A stretch of 41,790 nt of DNA. Source: Candidatus Alistipes merdipullorum. Its GTDB lineage: Bacteria > Bacteroidota > Bacteroidia > Bacteroidales > Rikenellaceae. A program made the position numbers and the translations under genes. The notes under the pieces are model-generated. The model did not search any database and had not been told where the DNA came from. It saw nothing but the letters and a program-made list of their open reading frames with translations. This document shows, one piece after another, positions 27,711 to 37,144 of the stretch; the first letter of the stretch is position 1, and each line of letters begins with the position of its first letter. The stretch is taken from contig DWVU01000115.1 in NCBI GenBank assembly GCA_019120095.1, positions 1 through 41,790 of the forward strand, in the 5' to 3' direction.

Positions 27711-27761
27711 ATTTGTAACTGTTGGTTTTTTATACTGTTTTTATCTGTCGCAGCGTAGCTG

Positions 27762-29708
27762 TTATGCATGGCCCTGCGATGCGATCTCGGCCTTGACCAG
27801 ATCGTTCACATGGTTGCAGAACTCGTCGAGCGTCATCGAACCCTTGTCGCCCTCGCCCTGCACGCGCAGCGATACGGTGTGGTCGTTCTGCTCCTTCTCG
27901 CCTACGATGAGCAGGAAGGGTATGCGCTTGAGCTCGTTGTCGCGGATCTTGCGGCCGATCTTCTCGTTGCGGTCGTCGATCTGCACTCTCACGTCATGCT
28001 TGGTGAGGTAGTCGACAACCTCGGCGGCGTAGTCGTTGTACTTCTCCGAGATGGGGAGGACGACTGCCTGATCGGGAGCCAGCCACAGGGGGAACTTGCC
28101 CGCCGTGTGTTCGAGCAGCACCGCCACGAAACGCTCCATCGACCCGAAGGGGGCGCGGTGGATCATGATGGGGCGGTGGAGTTTGTCGTCGGCGCCCTTG
28201 TATGTCAGATCGAAACGCTCGGGCAGGTTGTAGTCCACCTGAATCGTACCGAGCTGCCAGTTGCGGCCCAGCGCATCCTTGACCATGAAGTCGAGCTTCG
28301 GGCCGTAGAATGCGGCCTCGCCCGTTACGACAGTAGTCTTGAGGCCCTTGTCCTTTGCGGCCTTGATGATTGCAGCCTCGGCCTTCTCCCAGTTCTCGTC
28401 CGAGCCGATATATTTCTCGCGGTTGTTGGGGTCGCGCAGCGACACCTGTGCCGTGTACTGGTCGAACTTGAGCGTGCGGAAGATGTAGAGCACGATGTCG
28501 ATAACCTTCTCGAACTCGTCGAGCAGCTGGTCGGGGCGTACGAAGAGGTGGGCATCGTCCTGCGTGAACCCGCGCACACGCGTCAATCCGTGCAGCTCAC
28601 CCGACTGCTCGTAACGGTATACGGTACCGAACTCGGCCAGACGTACGGGCAAATCCTTGTACGAACGTGGTTTGCTGCGGTATATCTCGCAGTGGTGGGG
28701 ACAGTTCATCGGCTTCAGGAGATACTCCTCACCCTCGTAGGGGGTATGTATGGGCTGGAACGAGTCCTTGCCGTACTTGGCATAGTGTCCAGACGTTACG
28801 TAGAGCTCCTTGTTACCGATATGCGGGGTTATGACCTGCTGGTATCCGTACTGCTTCTGTATCTGGCGCAGGAAACGCTCCAGACGGTCACGCAGCTCGG
28901 CGCCCTTGGGCAGCCACATGGGAAGTCCCGGACCTACGCGCTGCGAGAACATGAACAGTTCGAGCTCCTTGCCCAACTTGCGGTGGTCGCGTTTCTTGGC
29001 CTCCTCCAGAAGGACGAGATAGTCGTCGAGCATCGACTTCTTGGGGAACGAGATACCGTAGATACGCGTCAGCATCTTGTTCTTCTCGTTGCCGCGCCAG
29101 TAGGCTCCGGCCACTGATGTCAACTTCACGGCCTTGATCAGACCCGTATTGGTAATATGCGGGCCGCGGCACAGGTCGGTGAAGGCACCGTTTGTATAGA
29201 ATGAGATGGTGCCGTCCTCCAGATCGCGGATAAGCTCCACCTTGTACTCGTCGTTTTTCTCGGTGAATGTCTTCAGGGCGTCGGCCTTCGACACTTCGGT
29301 ACGTATGAGCTGCTCCTTGTTGCGGGCCAACTCCATCATCTTCTTTTCGATAGCGGGCAGGTCTGCCTCGGTGATGGGCACGGGCGAATCCACATCATAG
29401 TAGAATCCGTTCTCGATGGCGGGGCCTATGCCGAACTTGATGCCCGGATAGAGCGCCTCGAGCGCCTCGGCCAGCAGGTGTGACGAGGTGTGCCAGAAGG
29501 CGTGCTTGCCCTCGGGGTCGTCCCACTTGTAGAATTTCACCGTAGCGTCCTCATCGATGGGTCGGGTCATGTCGACCGTCGTTCCGTTTACCGCCGCGGC
29601 CAGAGAGTCGGCAGCTAAACGAGGGCTGATACTCTCGGCGATTTGGTAAGCCGTTGTTCCCTTTTCGTATTCGCGTTGCGAACCGTCGGGAAAAGTGATC
29701 TTGATCAT
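27762..29708 (-). CDS. thrS: Threonine--tRNA ligase
   Basis: [58 protein letters not shown]; start trimmed to ATG 29708. Confidence 0.98.
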   Translation of the reverse strand: MIKITFPDGSQREYEKGTTAYQIAESISPRLAADSLAAAVNGTTVDMTRPIDEDATVKFYKWDDPEGKHAFWHTSSHLLAEALEALYPGIKFGIGPAIENGFYYDVDSPVPITEADLPAIEKKMMELARNKEQLIRTEVSKADALKTFTEKNDEYKVELIRDLEDGTISFYTNGAFTDLCRGPHITNTGLIKAVKLTSVAGAYWRGNEKNKMLTRIYGISFPKKSMLDDYLVLLEEAKKRDHRKLGKELELFMFSQRVGPGLPMWLPKGAELRDRLERFLRQIQKQYGYQQVITPHIGNKELYVTSGHYAKYGKDSFQPIHTPYEGEEYLLKPMNCPHHCEIYRSKPRSYKDLPVRLAEFGTVYRYEQSGELHGLTRVRGFTQDDAHLFVRPDQLLDEFEKVIDIVLYIFRTLKFDQYTAQVSLRDPNNREKYIGSDENWEKAEAAIIKAAKDKGLKTTVVTGEAAFYGPKLDFMVKDALGRNWQLGTIQVDYNLPERFDLTYKGADDKLHRPIMIHRAPFGSMERFVAVLLEHTAGKFPLWLAPDQAVVLPISEKYNDYAAEVVDYLTKHDVRVQIDDRNEKIGRKIRDNELKRIPFLLIVGEKEQNDHTVSLRVQGEGDKGSMTLDEFCNHVNDLVKAEIASQGHA

Positions 29709-29790
29709 AACGTTGTTTTTAATTATGTTTTGCAGTGTGCGGCGCTTCCACAATTACGAGACGGAATACGTCGCACGGGCTGCGGTTTTG

Positions 29791-30003
29791 CTATTTTTTC
29801 TTCGGCCGGCGCACTACCGATACCACTAGCGATACCCCCGACAGTGCCATGGCCACGAATGTGACTATCATTGCCCAACTCAACTTGCGCCCCTCGGCGA
29901 TGTGCCCGTGAATGGCATATCCCAATCCGAATGCCGCGACTGCCACAATGATGCAACCGAGTACGAGCAGCGAGCGTCGTGTCTTTTCGATCCTGTTCTC
30001 CAT
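29791..30003 (-). CDS. Small membrane protein with two predicted TM helices
   Basis: 70 aa; two hydrophobic segments flanked by basic residues; fills the gap between pdxA and thrS on the same strand. Confidence 0.6.
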   Translation of the reverse strand: MENRIEKTRRSLLVLGCIIVAVAAFGLGYAIHGHIAEGRKLSWAMIVTFVAMALSGVSLVVSVVRRPKKK

Positions 30004-30067
30004 GTCTTATCTGTTTTAGGCCGGTTTGCAGGGTGCTGGGAGGCGGCTGATACCGCCACCTGATATG

Positions 30068-31165
30068 TCAATCCTCCTCGGTTTCGGGCAGTTTGAGGTC
30101 CTTGACCGAGACGTCGCGTCCCTTGTCGCGTTCGAATCGCTGCAAGGGGTTTCGGGTCCACTCCTGCCAGCGGCGGCGGTTGCGGACGATGTCCATGGCC
30201 GTGTATATGGCGTTTCGCATCGACTGCGGGTCGGCTTGTGCCTTGCCTGCAATGTCGTATGCGGTGCCGTGGTCGGGCGATGTGCGCACCACGCTCAGAC
30301 CGGCGGTGAAGTTCACGCCGTCGGGCGAGAGGGTCTTGAAGGGTGTGAGCCCCTCGTCGTGGTACATAGCCAGCACGGCGTCGTAGCGGGCGTATGTGCC
30401 GCTGCCGAAGAAGCCGTCGGCAGGGAAGGGCCCGAAGGCGAGCGTCCCCTGCTCGAAGGCCTGCTCAATGGCGGGCTTGATGATGTCGCGCTCCTCGCCT
30501 CCGAGCATGCCGCCCTCACCCGCATGTGGGTTGAGCGCAAGCACGGCGATGCGGGGCTCGACAATGCCGAAGTCGCGTATGAGCGACTCGCGCAAGGTGG
30601 CGAGCGACTCTACGATATGCTCCTGCGAGATGTTGCGGCTGACGTCGGCCATTGGTATGTGTATGGTAACCAGACCTACACGCAGCCGGTCGCTGCACAT
30701 TATCATCATGGGGCGGCCGTCGAAGCGGTCGGCAAAATATTCCGTATGTCCCGTGTAGTGGAATGTGTCGCTCTGTGCCGTCTCCTTGTTTATGGGGGCG
30801 GTGACCACGGCGTCGATATCTCCGGCCTTGAGGTCAGCCACGGCAGCCTCGAGGGCGTCGACGGCGGCCTTGCCCGCTTCGGGCGAGGGTACGCCTGCCT
30901 CGATGTGGAGGTTTTCGTCGCCGCACTCGACCATGTTGACCTTGCCGCGTCGCGCCTCTGCGGCCGAAGCCACGGGCGTGAGCTGTGCGCGGTCCTCCTC
31001 CTCGAGCGTAGCGGCATAATATGCCGCAGCCTTCGGCGAGCCGTAGATCACGGGGGTGAACAATTCGGCGATACGCGCATCGGCGAAGGTGCGGAGGATA
31101 ACCTCCCAGCCTATGCCGTTGGTGTCACCTTGGGTAATTCCTATCTTGAGTCTGTAATCCGACAT
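30068..31165 (-). CDS. pdxA: 4-hydroxythreonine-4-phosphate dehydrogenase
   Basis: GITQGDTNGIGWE, TAPINK, GHTE, LNPHAGE, GPFPADG, MYHD, RTSPDHGTAYDIAG; TATATTTG -7 element at 31191-31198. Confidence 0.94.
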   Translation of the reverse strand: MSDYRLKIGITQGDTNGIGWEVILRTFADARIAELFTPVIYGSPKAAAYYAATLEEEDRAQLTPVASAAEARRGKVNMVECGDENLHIEAGVPSPEAGKAAVDALEAAVADLKAGDIDAVVTAPINKETAQSDTFHYTGHTEYFADRFDGRPMMIMCSDRLRVGLVTIHIPMADVSRNISQEHIVESLATLRESLIRDFGIVEPRIAVLALNPHAGEGGMLGGEERDIIKPAIEQAFEQGTLAFGPFPADGFFGSGTYARYDAVLAMYHDEGLTPFKTLSPDGVNFTAGLSVVRTSPDHGTAYDIAGKAQADPQSMRNAIYTAMDIVRNRRRWQEWTRNPLQRFERDKGRDVSVKDLKLPETEED

Positions 31166-31294
31166 ACTGTTCAACAGTGGTTTCAATCGGCAAATATATA
31201 AACAATTTCCGAACTACGTTCCATAATGGCAGCGGAAAAGTCCGTATCGGAAATATTTGGTCCGCATTGTCTTCACGTGCGGGGCCGCCGGCAT

Positions 31295-32044
31295 CTACAT
31301 GCGGCCGTCGGCGGCGCGGCGGCGGAACTCGGCGCATACGACGGCCGCGGCCATGGCTACGTTGAGCGACTCGCTGCCGTGGCGCGAGGCGGGGTAGGGC
31401 GGTATGAGCAGCCGGTGCGTAAGGTGCGCGGCGCAGGCGGGCGATATACCCTTCCCCTCGTTGCCCATGACGATGACGCCGCCCGTGGTGAGCGGTGCGG
31501 AGTATATGTTTTCGCCGTCGAGCACGGTGCCGTAGACGGGGGTCGAGGCGGCGGCCGAGAGTGCGAGCAGCGCCTCGAGGTCGAGGTAGTGTACGCGCAC
31601 GCGCAGTATGGCCCCCATTGTTGCCTGCACGACCTTGGGGTTGAAGCAGTCGGCCGAATCCTCCGAACAATATACATCCTCTATGCCGAACCAGTCGGCC
31701 AGACGTATTATCGTCCCCATGTTCCCCGGATTGCGCACGCCGTCAAGGGCCAACGCAAGACGTGACGCGTCAGCCGTGCGCGGCGCCTTGAATACCGGTA
31801 TTCGCACCGTTGCGAGCGAGTCGTTCGAGGTCTTGAGCATCGATATGCGCTCCATCTCCGCGGGGGATACCATGACGGCGCGGCCGCCGAAAGGGTCGCG
31901 TGTGGAGTATAGGGACTCAACCTCCCAACCCGAGGTGAGGATCTCGCCTATGAGCTTGCTCCCCTCGGCCACGAAAAGCCCTGCGGCCGTGCGCGCCTGT
32001 TTGTCGGCGAGCGAACGTATGAACCGTATCTCAGATCTTGTCAT
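31295..32044 (-). CDS. TrmH/SpoU family RNA methyltransferase
   Basis: DGVRNPGNMGTIIR, MGNEGKGI, ESLNVA SPOUT motifs. Confidence 0.93.
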   Translation of the reverse strand: MTRSEIRFIRSLADKQARTAAGLFVAEGSKLIGEILTSGWEVESLYSTRDPFGGRAVMVSPAEMERISMLKTSNDSLATVRIPVFKAPRTADASRLALALDGVRNPGNMGTIIRLADWFGIEDVYCSEDSADCFNPKVVQATMGAILRVRVHYLDLEALLALSAAASTPVYGTVLDGENIYSAPLTTGGVIVMGNEGKGISPACAAHLTHRLLIPPYPASRHGSESLNVAMAAAVVCAEFRRRAADGRM

Positions 32045-32966
32045 GTCGCTGTTCGGTAACGGTGAATGTCTGTCCCTCGCGGGCGAGGTCCGTCGCGGGG
32101 AATATGGCGCGGCTCTCTTCGAGGAGCGGCCCGAGATCCTTGTATCGCGTGGAGAAGTGCCCTATGAGGAGCCTTCCCGCCCGTGCCTTGAGCGCCACGT
32201 TGGCGGCGTCGACGGTTGTCGAATGCCCCCTCTCGCGCGCCGTGCGCCTCTCGTCGGCGGCGTATGTGGCCTCATGGTAGAGCATGTCTACGCCCTCGAC
32301 CATCGATGCCAGCCGTGCCGAGTAGTTGGTGTCGGAGCAGTAGGCATACGATACGGGACGGTATGGACGGTATGTCACAAGGTCGTTTGGTATCGGCTCC
32401 CCGTCTGCCCCGACAAGATCCTCACCGCGCTTTGCCGCCACGATCTGCGCTATGGAGAGCCCGTAGCGTTCGATGGCATATTTGCTGACGTTGAGCGCGG
32501 GCTCCTTCTCGCGGAAGAGATATCCGGCCGTGGGTACGCGGTGGCGCAGCGGCAGAGACCACACCTCCAGCGAGTCGTTCTCGAAGACGATGCGGTGGGC
32601 CGTGGTGTCTACCTCGTGCCATTGTGGCTCGTACGGCAGCGCCGTGTCGAAGTACCGGAGATGCGCCTCGAGGATCTCGCCGAAGGGCCGCGGAGCGTAT
32701 ATCGGCAGCGGCGTGCGCTTGCCGTAGAGCCCGAGCGTCGAGATCAGCGGCAGCAGCCCGTAGACATGGTCGCCATGCAGGTGCGAGATGAATACCGCCC
32801 GCAGCTTCAGGGGGTTGATCCCCGCACGCACGAGCTGTTGCTGCACACCCTCGCCCGCATCCATCAGATAGTATTGCTCGTTTACGTTCACCGCCTGCGC
32901 CGAGGGGTGACGGTCGGCCGTAGGCTTGGCCGACGATGAGCCGAGTATGGTTACCGCTATGCTCAA
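32031..32966 (-). CDS. rnz: Ribonuclease Z
   Basis: DAGEG, SHLHGDH, SDT, HEAT, GHST, GHFSTRY motifs; TTG start. Confidence 0.93.
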   Translation of the reverse strand: MSIAVTILGSSSAKPTADRHPSAQAVNVNEQYYLMDAGEGVQQQLVRAGINPLKLRAVFISHLHGDHVYGLLPLISTLGLYGKRTPLPIYAPRPFGEILEAHLRYFDTALPYEPQWHEVDTTAHRIVFENDSLEVWSLPLRHRVPTAGYLFREKEPALNVSKYAIERYGLSIAQIVAAKRGEDLVGADGEPIPNDLVTYRPYRPVSYAYCSDTNYSARLASMVEGVDMLYHEATYAADERRTARERGHSTTVDAANVALKARAGRLLIGHFSTRYKDLGPLLEESRAIFPATDLAREGQTFTVTEQRHDKI

Positions 32967-32969
32967 GGC

Positions 32970-33914
32970 CTATTTGTTTTCGGTTTTTGCCGCCAGCAGG
33001 AAACGTTCGCAGTCGAGGGCGGCGATGCAGCCCGAGCCTGCGGCCGTGATGGCCTGACGGTAGTGGGGATCTTTGACGTCACCCGCGGCGAAGACACCTT
33101 CGAGCGCCGTCTTCGATGTTCCTGCCTCGGTTATGATGTAGCCTTCGGCGTCGAGTGCGAGCTTGCCGGCGAAGATCTCGGTGTTGGGGTGGTGGCCTAT
33201 GGCGAGGAAGAATCCCGTGATGTCGATTACGGTCTCCTCACCCGAGGCGTGGCGCAGACGCACACCCGTCACGCCCTCCTCGTCGCCGAGCACCTCGACG
33301 GTGTTGTACTCGAACATCACCTTGATGTTGGGCGTCTCGAATACACGCTGCTGCATGGCCTTCGATGCACGCAGGAAGGGTTTGCGCACGATCATGTAGA
33401 CCTGACGGCAGAGCGATGCCAGATATGTGGCCTCCTCGCACGCCGTGTCGCCGCCGCCCACGACGGCTACATCCTGCTTGCGGTAGAAGAATCCGTCGCA
33501 TGTGGCGCAGGCGCTGACGCCGCGGCCGCGGTAGCGCGCCTCCGACTCCAGCCCGAGATAACGTGCCGAGGCTCCCGTGGCGATTATGATGCTTTCGGCC
33601 TCGATCTGCTTCTCGCCGTCGACGGTGGCCGTATAGGGGCGCTTGTCAAGGTCTATGACCGTGACGATACCCGTACGCACGTCAGCGCCGAAACGCTGTG
33701 CCTGAAGTTTCATCTCGTTCATCAGGTCGGGACCCGTTATTCCCTTGGGAAAGCCCGGGAAGTTCTCGATCTCGGTTGTGGTTGTGAGCTGGCCGCCCGG
33801 CTCGATACCCTCATAAAGCACGGTGCCGATATTTGCGCGTGCGGTATATATTGCGGCCGTATATCCTGCGGGGCCGCTGCCTATGATAAGACATTTTACG
33901 TGTTCGGTTTCCAT
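32970..33914 (-). CDS. trxB: Thioredoxin-disulfide reductase
   Basis: IIGSGPAGYTAA, GGQLTTTTEIEN, ACATCDG, GGGDTACEEA, AAGDV; start trimmed to ATG 33914. Confidence 0.97.
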   Translation of the reverse strand: METEHVKCLIIGSGPAGYTAAIYTARANIGTVLYEGIEPGGQLTTTTEIENFPGFPKGITGPDLMNEMKLQAQRFGADVRTGIVTVIDLDKRPYTATVDGEKQIEAESIIIATGASARYLGLESEARYRGRGVSACATCDGFFYRKQDVAVVGGGDTACEEATYLASLCRQVYMIVRKPFLRASKAMQQRVFETPNIKVMFEYNTVEVLGDEEGVTGVRLRHASGEETVIDITGFFLAIGHHPNTEIFAGKLALDAEGYIITEAGTSKTALEGVFAAGDVKDPHYRQAITAAGSGCIAALDCERFLLAAKTENK

Positions 33915-33996
33915 GGTATAAGTATTCTTTGTTTCCGTTTTAATTTTCTGCAATTATAATATTTTTTCCTCAATTTCAGTTTTGGGCGCGATTCCC

Positions 33997-34962
33997 TTAC
34001 AGAGTCGGCTGCTTGTCTGCGAAGGCCGCTGTCTGCCTTCCCGAGTAGTCGAATACGGCCCACTCTTCGCCGCGTCGCACCTGCGAGTTGCCCGTCTCGG
34101 GGTCGTAGTCGACAATGTCGAATATGGGTTCTATGACATAACGCCCCTGCTTGTCGATAAGACCCATACCCGAGAGCGTCTGCACCTCGGCGCGGCCTTC
34201 GCGGAAGCCTCCCACCCACAGATACTGCGCCTCGATGACGATACGTCCCGTGCTGTCGGCAAAGCCCCAGCCGCGGGGTGTCTCGACGGGGGCGAGCCCT
34301 TCGGAGAGGGTCCCGATGCCGTATGTGCCCTCGACGGCGGGCCCGTATGGGTCGAATGTGGCGTGTTCGGCCGCGGCGGCATCACCCCTTTGTGCAATCA
34401 TCGTGCGAAGGTCATCGAGAGACTTCTTGTCGCCGCCTGCGCCGTCCGTGGCGTATATCCACCTTACGGGATATAACGCGCCGTCGGCATCGATCAGTAT
34501 GTTGTCCGCACGCAGATTGTTGTGCGAGACGCGGGCGCGGCGCAGCTCCCGTTCGAGGGCATCCACGGCCCCGACAAGACGTGCGGCATCCCCGCCGTCG
34601 TCGATGGCTTCGATGGCATCTGTTAGGGGCAGTCCTTGCGGCAGCGCCTCGATCAGGATATCGGATGTGAATTCCCTGCCGAGGGTATCCTCATACTTCA
34701 TCTCGTCGCAGAGGATCTCCATCTGCGGCACCACGGGCGAGACAAGGTTCCGCCTGAGGGGCGCGAAGCGCTCGACGCGCACCATCGCGTTGCCCGACAG
34801 CGGCATGAAGAGCGTATATGGACGGCCTTCGAGGCGTATGCGCGTCTCGGCAAAGTAGGAGGTGCGCAGAATCCTCCCCTCGCACACGGCCGCGGCCAAA
34901 CGTCGGAAGTGTGTGGCGGGGGAGCCTGCCGCCCGGCGAAGATCGTATATCGTAGCCGTCAT
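33997..34962 (-). CDS. Protein-kinase-like pseudokinase with C-terminal WG repeats
   Basis: Start trimmed to ATG 34962 (MTATIYDLRR); degenerate catalytic loop SHNNLRADNILID; WG repeats (LSEGLAPV...WGFADSTGRIVI, FREGRAEV...GLIDKQGRYVI). Confidence 0.72.
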   Translation of the reverse strand: MTATIYDLRRAAGSPATHFRRLAAAVCEGRILRTSYFAETRIRLEGRPYTLFMPLSGNAMVRVERFAPLRRNLVSPVVPQMEILCDEMKYEDTLGREFTSDILIEALPQGLPLTDAIEAIDDGGDAARLVGAVDALERELRRARVSHNNLRADNILIDADGALYPVRWIYATDGAGGDKKSLDDLRTMIAQRGDAAAAEHATFDPYGPAVEGTYGIGTLSEGLAPVETPRGWGFADSTGRIVIEAQYLWVGGFREGRAEVQTLSGMGLIDKQGRYVIEPIFDIVDYDPETGNSQVRRGEEWAVFDYSGRQTAAFADKQPTL

Positions 34963-34973
34963 GGTTGCGGGGG

Positions 34974-35828
34974 TTACTCTATGTTGGTTATGCTGCGCGA
35001 GCCGATGTTTATGATCGACAGCAGTTCTATTATCGAGGTGTTGTATCCCATGCCGTAGAATGGCGGCACGGCACCGGCACCCTTGAAGTCGCGTACGGCC
35101 TCGTCGAAGGCCTCGGGCATGATGCTCGAACACTCGGCCAGAAGGCGTGCGTATGGGTTGGCGCGTGCCAGCTCGTCAGGCATGGGGAATACCATTGCCG
35201 GGGAGGTGCTGTCGGTCGAGACGTGTATGTTGAACAACAGTACGTTGCCGTCGTCGGTGCCCAGACGCCGTATCTGGGCGCAGACGCGGCGCAACTCGTC
35301 ATCGGTGCAGTCGGAGGCTTCGCCGTCGGTGATGTTTATCGCCACGGGCGGGAAGCTGTCGCGGTTACTGTCGTTGGCGCACCACTCACCCAGAAGGTCG
35401 CGCACGCGCAACAGCGCCTCATACATGGGCGTCTTGCCTGCGGCCTTGGGCAGGAGCCATTGGCGGACGCTGTGGCCTGCCAGCAGGACTGTGCCGTCGG
35501 GGAGCGTCTCCTCCGAATAGAGTGTCTCGCACGGGGGCTGGCGGCGGGCCAGACGGTCTATGGCTATAAACCCCTCCTCGTCGAGCAGCATGCGGGCCTC
35601 GTCGCCCGAATATCCTACTACCGCCACGTCGTAGTAGTTGCGCACGCCGTCCGTACGGCGCGAGCGGTCGACCAGCTCCGTGAGCAGCGAGTTTGTTATG
35701 CGGGCCACGGCTGCCGCCTTCGACATCTCGTGGCGGCCGAAGCACACCTTCTCCTGCATCGAGCCCGACTGGTCGATGGCTATGACGAAGGCGGTGCGGT
35801 GGCGGCGTGTGATCTCCTGTGAATACAT
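34974..35828 (-). CDS. TerY-like von Willebrand factor type A domain protein
   Basis: MYSQEITRRHRTAFVIAIDQSGSM (MIDAS DxSxS), GKTPM, NITDGE, LLFNIHVS; start trimmed to ATG 35828. Confidence 0.88.
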   Translation of the reverse strand: MYSQEITRRHRTAFVIAIDQSGSMQEKVCFGRHEMSKAAAVARITNSLLTELVDRSRRTDGVRNYYDVAVVGYSGDEARMLLDEEGFIAIDRLARRQPPCETLYSEETLPDGTVLLAGHSVRQWLLPKAAGKTPMYEALLRVRDLLGEWCANDSNRDSFPPVAINITDGEASDCTDDELRRVCAQIRRLGTDDGNVLLFNIHVSTDSTSPAMVFPMPDELARANPYARLLAECSSIMPEAFDEAVRDFKGAGAVPPFYGMGYNTSIIELLSIINIGSRSITNIE

Positions 35829-35861
35829 TGCTGAGTGCGTGTTGGTTTGTCTGATTATATA

Positions 35862-35869
35862 CAAAGATA
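35862..35869 (-). promoter_or_regulatory. Internal -7 promoter element upstream of the vWA gene
   Basis: TATCTTTG, a perfect TAnnTTTG, in the AT-rich 56-nt gap between the kinase and vWA genes. Confidence 0.6.
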
Positions 35870-35884
35870 TGTCATTTGGACGAA

Positions 35885-37063
35885 TTAATCAACCCTGCGG
35901 CCCCAGATGGACGACATTTCGAGCGTGCGGCAGGAACCGTCGGCGCGGCGCACGACGGTGCGTCCGTCACGCAGGGGCTTGACCGTACATCCGCGGCCGA
36001 AGGTGGCGGCGACGCTGCCGTCGCGCAGGATGAAGTGGCTGTATCCGCCCAGACCCACGAGCATTACACCCTCCGTGGGGTCGAATCCCCAGTCGTAGAG
36101 CGGCGGTATAATCCACTGCTCTCCCGTGCGGTATCCCCACAATCCGTTCCGCTCATCGAGTTCGGGCATCGCGTCCGATGGCTCGGATGCCGCTGTATAG
36201 GTTGTAATAGTAGCGTTCTGAACACGACATGCGACATCCATCACGCACTCGAGATCGAACAGATAGGGTGTCGGTGAGGAGAGCATGCGTGTCAGGCGGT
36301 ATTGCGGGGCCATGCCGCGCGAGGCGAAAAGGTCGGCCGTACGCTCCAGCTCCTCGCAATATCCTGCGGCGATGCGGCGCGGATGGAGCGGGAACTCGCG
36401 CAGAGAACGGTAGCGGGCCGTGACGTCGGGATCCAAGGCTGCGGCGTGCAGCATCACCGAGAGCAGCGCAATCGAATAGTCGTCGATATGCGTGTCGTAC
36501 ATCTGCGTCGTGCGCTTCGGGTGCTGATATGCTGCCGTGCCCGTTTCGGGAGCCGCGCGGCCCGCCAGCGCGGGAACGTATGCCGCATCCCAGTCGATGA
36601 ACTTCATCTCCCCGTCGGGCGTGAGGATCATGTTCTCGGGTTTGAGGTCGCCGTGGGCGCGCTCCGAATGCAGAAGCCCCAGCGCGGCGCGGTCGAAGGC
36701 GCGGGCCGCGACAGAGACAGCCTTATGAGCATCCGTATCGCATAGTAATGTGTCGAGCGTCTGCCCTGCGACATATTCGCAGACAAGACAGTCGACCCAT
36801 TGCCGGCGGCCGCCCATGCCGAAGACGCATAGCTCCTGCGGATGGAACGCTGTGCCGTAGATGGCGGGCAGGTTGTCGTTCGGGCGCGTGTAACACTTTA
36901 GCCAAGCGTCGCGGCCGTCACACCTTACATGCAGCCCCACGGCGGCGTTGCCTACGGCGTATCGGGGCCGCCCGCCAGCGAGCGGAACCTCCACACGGCG
37001 CAGCGTGCGCCAGAGAATATGGTTGTTCGACAGCGTGTCGATTATGTCGGCTATGGTTATCAT
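35885..37063 (-). CDS. Ser/Thr-type protein kinase with C-terminal WG repeat(s)
   Basis: GRPRYAVGNAAV (Gly-rich loop), LKCY (beta3 Lys), HGDLKPEN, IDWD, GTAAYQHP; NGLWGY...IIPPLYD...EG WG repeat; start trimmed to ATG 37063. Confidence 0.85.
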   Translation of the reverse strand: MITIADIIDTLSNNHILWRTLRRVEVPLAGGRPRYAVGNAAVGLHVRCDGRDAWLKCYTRPNDNLPAIYGTAFHPQELCVFGMGGRRQWVDCLVCEYVAGQTLDTLLCDTDAHKAVSVAARAFDRAALGLLHSERAHGDLKPENMILTPDGEMKFIDWDAAYVPALAGRAAPETGTAAYQHPKRTTQMYDTHIDDYSIALLSVMLHAAALDPDVTARYRSLREFPLHPRRIAAGYCEELERTADLFASRGMAPQYRLTRMLSSPTPYLFDLECVMDVACRVQNATITTYTAASEPSDAMPELDERNGLWGYRTGEQWIIPPLYDWGFDPTEGVMLVGLGGYSHFILRDGSVAATFGRGCTVKPLRDGRTVVRRADGSCRTLEMSSIWGRRVD

Positions 37064-37094
37064 CTTCGGATTGATCGTAGCGTGTGCAAACAAG

Positions 37095-37124
37095 GACGGG
37101 GCGCCGCCGCGGCAGCACCCCGTC
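37095..37124 (-). terminator. Hairpin/terminator after slyD
   Basis: GACGGGG...CCCCGTC GC-rich stem followed on the minus strand by CTTGTTT. Confidence 0.5.
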
Positions 37125-37144
37125 GTAATGTCGGCCGCGGAGGC

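Noticed and set aside
34963-35133. N-terminal extension of the pseudokinase ORF overlapping the vWA gene
   Set aside because: Out-of-frame overlap with the vWA coding end; ATG 34962, 11 nt after the vWA stop, fits the kinase paralogue's N-terminus better.
33997-37063. Kinase/vWA cassette as a recently acquired mobile island
   Set aside because: No integrase, transposase, tRNA or flanking direct repeats seen, and base composition looks similar to the neighbours by eye.
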